From NCBI GenBank assembly GCA_043779675.1, contig JAYWDX010000049.1, positions 1 through 35,512 on the forward strand: a stretch of DNA of 35,512 nucleotides, given 5' to 3'. The number at the start of each line of letters is the position of its first letter. The stretch's first letter is position 1. The notes under the pieces are model-generated. The model ran no database searches. It was not told where the DNA came from and saw nothing but the letters and a program-made list of their open reading frames with translations. The stretch comes from Candidatus Tenderia sp. (GTDB lineage Bacteria; Pseudomonadota; Gammaproteobacteria; Tenderiales; Tenderiaceae). Position numbers and translations under genes: made by a program. Positions 30,419 to 35,512 of this stretch are shown in pieces.

Positions 30419-30609
30419 AAACAGGTGTTCCTGTGGTAGCCGCCACCGGGAATGAAACGGGAAGCCGGTGCGTTTTATCTGTCCCTTCCAAAAAAGGGCG
30501 CAAGGGACCATCCCGGCACTGCCCCCCCCGCAACGGTAAGTAAAATAGAGGGACCAACAGGCCACTGCACGGTAAGAACCTGTTCACAAGTCCGGAGACC
30601 GGCCTGCTC
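30418..30609 (+). ncRNA. Cobalamin (B12) riboswitch, atypical
   Basis: CAGGTG...ACGGGAAGCCGGTG...CCGGCACTGCCCC(C)nGCAACGGTAA...GCCACTG...B12 box AAGTCCGGAGACCGGCCTG; upstream of a TonB-dependent receptor. Confidence 0.9.
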
Positions 30610-30733
30610 TATATATATGACTATATTGCGGAGGGCGACATGGCAGAGCAGCCCCATCCGGCGCGCCGCTGCCCCCCTCCGATTTAATCAATCCGCTGCA
30701 GCTACCTGCAGTCAGAGGAAGGAGGTGCCAGCT

Positions 30734-32662
30734 ATGCCCCGTTCACTATTGCCAATATCAGCCATCGCCATTGGCCTGACCTTTGCGCCGCCCCTTCAGG
30801 CTGTCAGTAGCACGCCGATCCTGGTCACCGCCAGCCGTTTCCAGACCAGCATCAACAGTGCCTCGGTCAATAACACCATCATCACCGCCGCGCAGATCAA
30901 GGCCAGCAATGTCACCACCCTGAGCCAACTGCTGGAGCTCCAGGGTGGCGCTCAGGTCACCGACCTGTTTGGCATCACCGGTGCCAAATCAAGCGCTGAC
31001 CTGGGCGGTTTTGGTGCCACCGCCAGCCAGAACACCCTGATCCTGCTGAATGGTCGCCGCCTTAACGACATTGACCCGAGCGGCGCCAACCTCACTAACA
31101 TCCCGCTGAACAGCATCGCCCGCGTCGAGATCATCCATGGCAGCTCCGCCGTACTCTATGGCGACAACGCCACTGCGGGGGCCATCAACATCGTCACCAA
31201 AAACGGTTTTGAACAACCTCGCACCCAGTTCAACGCCGGGGTCGGCTCCTTCAATACTCAACAGCTTGACCTGGGCTACGGTCGGCCTATCGGCAATGAC
31301 AGCGCCATCTTCATCGGTGCCAGTAGCTTGCGTTCCGACGGCTACCGCGACCAGAGCGACGTTGACCAAAAAAGCATTAACGCCGAACTGAGTCGCAACA
31401 GTGACGACTTTAACTACGGCTTCCGCTTCAGCGGCAACTATGAAGACCAGGCACTGCCCGGCGCACTGGATGAACTGAGCTATCAGAACAACCCTCGCGC
31501 CGCGACCACAACCAATGAGCGGTTCAGCCAGAACCGCAATGCGCTGGAGGCCTACCTCGATGCTGATCTATATGCCATCGAACTCACCACCAGCCACAAA
31601 CATCAGGAGTCCAACCTCTTTCAGTCCGACCTAAGCAGCTGGTCGGCCACGCCGCGCATGACACTTGCGGGCGGCGACCACGAAATCATCGCCGGTCTTG
31701 ATGTCTACTACAGCGCCTTGGATAGCCGCGCCGATTTTGGCGTCCCCAATTCCAGCGCTACCACCCGCACCAGCTACGCGCTCTATTTCAGCGACAGCTA
31801 CACGTTGTGGCGGAGTTCCAACATCAGCATTGGGTTGCGCCGCCAGTGGGCCGATGTCGGGATCGATAACAACAATCTCAGCACCCTGGTCACAACCAAC
31901 AGCAGCCAACGGGATAACGTCAGCGCCTGGGATATTGGCCTCAGCCACCAGTTCAATAAAGAGATAAGCGCTTATGTACGCTGGGCCGACAGCTTCCGTT
32001 TTGCGGTATTGGACGAGATGTGGAGCTACTTTGACGGTGCCAGCACGCTGCTCAAACCGCAGACCGGACACCACGTCGAGGCGGGCAGCCGTGTGGTGAT
32101 GAGTAAAAAAGACCATTTTGACATCAACCTGTTTGAGATGGCCTTGAACCAGGAGATCGATTTCGACAGCGTCAACAACAAAAACATCAATTTTACCGAC
32201 CCCACCCGCCATCGTGGTCTCAACCTCAATCTGCGTCATCAGGTCAACGACCTATGGCTGACAACCCTCGGTTACGGCTGGCGTACTGCCAGCTTCAGCA
32301 CTGGCAGCAATGCCGGTAAAACGATCCCGGAGGTTCCCAGACACAAACTCAGCCTGAGCAATCGCGTCGAGCTCAGCTACCACAGCCAGCTCAATGTCGA
32401 TCTGGTCTATACCGGCAGACGTTATTTTGGCAGCGATTTTGACAACGCCGCTAAACAGATGCCCAGCCACACCCGCGTCAATCTCGGTTACAGCTACACG
32501 CTAAAAAGCTGGACTGCCCGCTTCAGCATCAACAACCTGGCCGACAAAAAGACAGCGGACAGCGGCTACTACGACGCCTCTAATAACAGCTACAGCTACT
32601 ATCCGCTGCCGGGGCGCGCCTACTACCTGACCGTTAGCACCGAGTTTTATAACGGGCGATAA
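30734..32662 (+). CDS. btuB: TonB-dependent receptor, probably cobalamin transporter
   Basis: GGAGG RBS, signal peptide, TonB box-like ILVTASR, plug motifs TLILLNGRR and IARVEIIHGSSAVLYG...GAINIVTK, C-terminal INNLADK...PGRAYYL; substrate inferred from the riboswitch. Confidence 0.85.
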   Translation: MPRSLLPISAIAIGLTFAPPLQAVSSTPILVTASRFQTSINSASVNNTIITAAQIKASNVTTLSQLLELQGGAQVTDLFGITGAKSSADLGGFGATASQNTLILLNGRRLNDIDPSGANLTNIPLNSIARVEIIHGSSAVLYGDNATAGAINIVTKNGFEQPRTQFNAGVGSFNTQQLDLGYGRPIGNDSAIFIGASSLRSDGYRDQSDVDQKSINAELSRNSDDFNYGFRFSGNYEDQALPGALDELSYQNNPRAATTTNERFSQNRNALEAYLDADLYAIELTTSHKHQESNLFQSDLSSWSATPRMTLAGGDHEIIAGLDVYYSALDSRADFGVPNSSATTRTSYALYFSDSYTLWRSSNISIGLRRQWADVGIDNNNLSTLVTTNSSQRDNVSAWDIGLSHQFNKEISAYVRWADSFRFAVLDEMWSYFDGASTLLKPQTGHHVEAGSRVVMSKKDHFDINLFEMALNQEIDFDSVNNKNINFTDPTRHRGLNLNLRHQVNDLWLTTLGYGWRTASFSTGSNAGKTIPEVPRHKLSLSNRVELSYHSQLNVDLVYTGRRYFGSDFDNAAKQMPSHTRVNLGYSYTLKSWTARFSINNLADKKTADSGYYDASNNSYSYYPLPGRAYYLTVSTEFYNGR

Positions 32663-32667
32663 ACGGC

Positions 32668-33382
32668 ATGATCCCCCTCACCCAACAGCCACAGCTGCCA
32701 CGCCCAGGAAGACGTTTTGGAGGCCTGATTCTCGCCTCCATCGCCCTTCATGGGCTGCTGCTGTCAGCCTGGAATGAGATGGCAGTCACCCCGCCCGCCA
32801 GCACCACACTGACACTGCAGCTGCTGCCCGCCACACCGCCGCTGGCGAGTAAACCGGCGCGGCTTGCAGAGCCGGCCTCTCCCCCCCAAACCGTGCCGGT
32901 CGCTCGGCAGGTTGTGCAGACCACAGAGGAAACCGTTGCTGTCAGCGCCAAAATCGCACCACTCAGCACCAGTGTCGCCAGCGCAGCGTTGGCCGCCACA
33001 ACCACTGCAATCCCGGAAGGCGCTATAACCAAATCAGAGTCCGATGCACCGGGTGACACCAGCACACCTCGCAACGAGGCCAAAGCAACACAGACACTCG
33101 CGGAACTTCACGGCATGATGCGCACCACCCTCACCCAGGACATCAACCGCCACTTCAAATACCCGCAGCTGGGAAGGCACCGTGCTGCTTGACCTGCAGA
33201 TCGAAATTGATGGCCGGATCAGCCACATCACCCTGGCGCAAAGCTCCGGCTACGCCCTGCTCGACAACAACGCCATCGTCACCCTCAACCGCATCGGCAA
33301 TATCAGCGGTTCAGCGCAGTAGCTGGAGAGGGGCGACATCGAGCTTCAGATTCCGGTCATCTATCGTCTCAGCGACAGTTGA
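32668..33382 (+). pseudogene. tonB: TonB energy transducer, disrupted (frameshift near 33166-33170 and in-frame TAG at 33320)
   Basis: N-terminal SIALH TM motif and Pro/Ala linker up to HFKYP; the +1 frame continues WEGTVLLDLQIEIDGRISHITLAQSSGYALLDNNA...SAQ*LERGDIELQIPVIYRLSDS (TonB C-terminal domain). Confidence 0.88.
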
Positions 33383-33475
33383 GATAAAGGGGAGGGGAAA
33401 CGGGCAACACTGGGAATGGCAGGTGCAGCGACGCACCCAGCCGGAGATCAAAAACAGGGGATCAAACCCCGAAAA

Positions 33476-33727
33476 TCAAGACTGGAATATCTGATTAATA
33501 TCGCGTGGCATCTGCAGGAACCAGCCCTGCTCGGTCAACTGTTTCAACACATCTCTGGCGTTCTCCTGCGACAGCTTGCGATCGACGGTCAGTTCAAAAT
33601 CCAGCACCCGCTCCACCGGAGAGATCATCTTCAGCAGCGCCTCGGGCACCTTTGACATATCATCCGCTTCCGGCAGATAGAGATAGGTCAGATCCTTTTT
33701 GTTACTTCTATATACCGCACATTTCAT
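33476..33727 (-). CDS. ycgL: YcgL domain protein
   Basis: MKCAVYRS.KK..TYLY, VPEALL, RKL......V...L..QGWFLQMP; start at ATG 33727. Confidence 0.92.
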   Translation of the reverse strand: MKCAVYRSNKKDLTYLYLPEADDMSKVPEALLKMISPVERVLDFELTVDRKLSQENARDVLKQLTEQGWFLQMPRDINQIFQS

Positions 33728-33870
33728 GGTTGTCTTCCCTATAGTTATAGTGTTCATCGAACGTGGTGCCGATTTTACCTAAATTTAATGTTGGAATTCG
33801 ATTTTTAAGCCCCTACGTTTCATACTGTAGACGAGCATCTGCGTTGATCAAGCACTCTAACGAGGTTCCT

Positions 33871-35013
33871 GTGAGTAAAACCCTGAAACGCGTGACACTT
33901 ATCACCGTGATCCTGATAATCATCGCCGCACTTGCCTGGCAGTTCACCCGCCCCAAACCTATCGCCGTCACGGCCCATACGGTGGAGCGCGGTGATGTCG
34001 AGGCCACTGTCGCCAATACCCGCGCTGGTACCATCAAGGCGTGCCGCCGTGCCGGGCTCTCGCCAGCCATGGGCGGCCAGATCGCCCGGTTACCGGTCAA
34101 AAAGGGGGATCAGGTCAAGGCCGGGGAGCTGTTGCTGGCGCTCTGGAACGATGACCTTCAGGCCCAGGTAACGTTGGCGAAACAGCAGATTCGCGCCTCC
34201 CGCGCCCAGTCCGAGGCCGCCTGTATCCAGTCCGATATCGCCCAGCGCGAGGCCCAACGGCTGATTCAGCTCAACCCCTCTGGCGCCGTCACCGCCCAGC
34301 AGCTCGATCAGGCACAGAGCAAGGCCAGCGCCGCCAAGGCCGAATGTGGCGCCGCCCAGGCCAATACCCAGGTGGCCAAGGCGAGCATGGGGGTGGCCGA
34401 GGCCAACCTCGCCCGCACCCTGCTGATCGCCCCCTTTGACGGGGTGGTGGCGGAGATCAACGGTGAGCTAAACGAATACGTCACCCCCTCGCCGCCCGGC
34501 ATCGTCACCCTGCCCGCCATCGATCTGGTCGACAACCACTGTTTCTACATCGCCGCCCCGATCGACGAGGTGGACGCCACCGCCATCAAACAAGGGATGC
34601 CCGCCCGCATCACCCTTGACGCCTTCAAACAGCAGCGTTTCGAAGGCCGGGTGCGGCGCATCGCCGACTATGTGCTGGACCGGGAGAAACAGGCCCGCAC
34701 TGTCGATATCGAAGTGGAGTTTGTACAGCTGCCCGAGGGGCTGTTGGCGGGTTACAGCGCCGACGCCGAGATCATCCTTCAGAGTCGCCTCCAGGTGCTG
34801 CGTATCCCCACCGCCGCAGTAATGGAGGGGCCAGCGGTACTGCTCTACTCCGACGGCAGCGTGGTGAAACGCGAGATCCAGACCGGCATCAAAAACTGGG
34901 ACTACACCGAGGTGCTCTCTGGCCTTGCCGCAGGCGAGCAGGTCATCACCTCCCTCGACCGCGCCGGTGTTGTCGAGGGCGCCACTGTTACCTTGGACAA
35001 CACCCCGCAATGA
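33871..35013 (+). CDS. Efflux transporter periplasmic adaptor (MacA-like membrane fusion protein)
   Basis: GAGG RBS + GTG 33871; N-terminal TM; VKKGDQVKAGELL, coiled hairpin, IAPFDGVV, EVLSGL..GEQVI. Confidence 0.92.
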   Translation: MSKTLKRVTLITVILIIIAALAWQFTRPKPIAVTAHTVERGDVEATVANTRAGTIKACRRAGLSPAMGGQIARLPVKKGDQVKAGELLLALWNDDLQAQVTLAKQQIRASRAQSEAACIQSDIAQREAQRLIQLNPSGAVTAQQLDQAQSKASAAKAECGAAQANTQVAKASMGVAEANLARTLLIAPFDGVVAEINGELNEYVTPSPPGIVTLPAIDLVDNHCFYIAAPIDEVDATAIKQGMPARITLDAFKQQRFEGRVRRIADYVLDREKQARTVDIEVEFVQLPEGLLAGYSADAEIILQSRLQVLRIPTAAVMEGPAVLLYSDGSVVKREIQTGIKNWDYTEVLSGLAAGEQVITSLDRAGVVEGATVTLDNTPQ

Positions 35014-35512
35014 TCGAACTGCGCAACCTGTGCCGTAATTTCAAGATCGGTGACGCCACCGTTCACGCCCTGCGCGACATCAATCTCACCATCGACGCGG
35101 GCGAATACCTCTCCATCATGGGACCGTCCGGCTCGGGCAAATCGACACTGCTCAACATGCTCGGCCTGCTCGACCGCCCCGACAGCGGCGAGTATCTGCT
35201 CAACAACAGCGCCATCAGCAGCCTAAAAGAGCGTGAACAGGCACGACTGCGGCGCGAACATATCGGCTTTGTCTTTCAATCCTTCCACCTGGTCCCGCGC
35301 CTCTCGGCGGCGGAAAACATCGCCCTGCCGCTGACCTTGTCAGGGGTCGCACCGGCAGAGCGACAAGAAAAAGTGACGCAGGCGCTGCAAGCACTCGGAC
35401 TCAGCGACCGCGGCCACCACCGCCCCGAGCAGCTCTCCGGCGGCCAGCGCCAGCGTGTTGCCATCGCCCGCGCCATGATCATGAAACCACAGCTGGTGCT
35501 GGCCGACGAACC
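35010..35512 (+). CDS. ABC ATP-binding protein (MacB/LolD-like), truncated by the window end
   Basis: Not in the ORF track. ATGA overlap; MIELRNL...ALRDINL...GPSGSGKSTLLNMLGLLD...IGFVFQSFHL...LSGGQRQRVAIARA...VLADE. Confidence 0.95.
   Translation, partial: MIELRNLCRNFKIGDATVHALRDINLTIDAGEYLSIMGPSGSGKSTLLNMLGLLDRPDSGEYLLNNSAISSLKEREQARLRREHIGFVFQSFHLVPRLSAAENIALPLTLSGVAPAERQEKVTQALQALGLSDRGHHRPEQLSGGQRQRVAIARAMIMKPQLVLADE

Noticed and set aside
30452-30733. 94-aa N-terminal extension of the TonB-dependent receptor in the ORF track
   Set aside because: It runs through the riboswitch; the GGAGG RBS and signal peptide point to ATG 30734.
33189-33494. 101-aa ORF after tonB
   Set aside because: Wrong frame; the TonB C-terminal domain is in a different frame, so this is a shadow ORF.

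Overview
Bacterial chromosomal window, most likely from a Gammaproteobacterium (inferred from gene content and order). The housekeeping backbone comprises: Nudix hydrolase (partial), hslR and htpG under a clear sigma32 promoter; pgm; the canonical metY(tRNA-fMet)-rimP-nusA-infB-rbfA-truB-rpsO-pnp operon; recO-pdxJ-acpS; ycgN, an IMPase, ycgL and a MacAB-like efflux pair. Three accessory blocks stand out. (1) 4.5-10.6 kb, between pgm and pnp: a peptidoglycan-binding/TIGR02594-like cysteine hydrolase with a downstream lipoprotein whose natural start is frameshifted at an A8 tract, an orphan IS200-like end, and an unannotated 21-aa Gly/Met-rich micropeptide gene (RBS, hairpins, terminator) convergent with a coupled AsnB-like amidotransferase + ABC exporter. 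This last trio is the best candidate for an undescribed system (possible leaderless RiPP), but the linkage is inference. (2) 21.7-27.6 kb: ExeA-like AAA ATPase + small outer-membrane barrel + ~985-aa Ig-like lipoprotein, lying directly upstream of recO. (3) 30.4-33.4 kb: an atypical cobalamin riboswitch, a btuB-like receptor with a masked C-terminal Phe, and a tonB pseudogene with two lesions, suggesting a decaying B12-uptake locus. No CRISPR array, integrase or rRNA was seen. All product calls come from motif recognition by eye, not from database searches.
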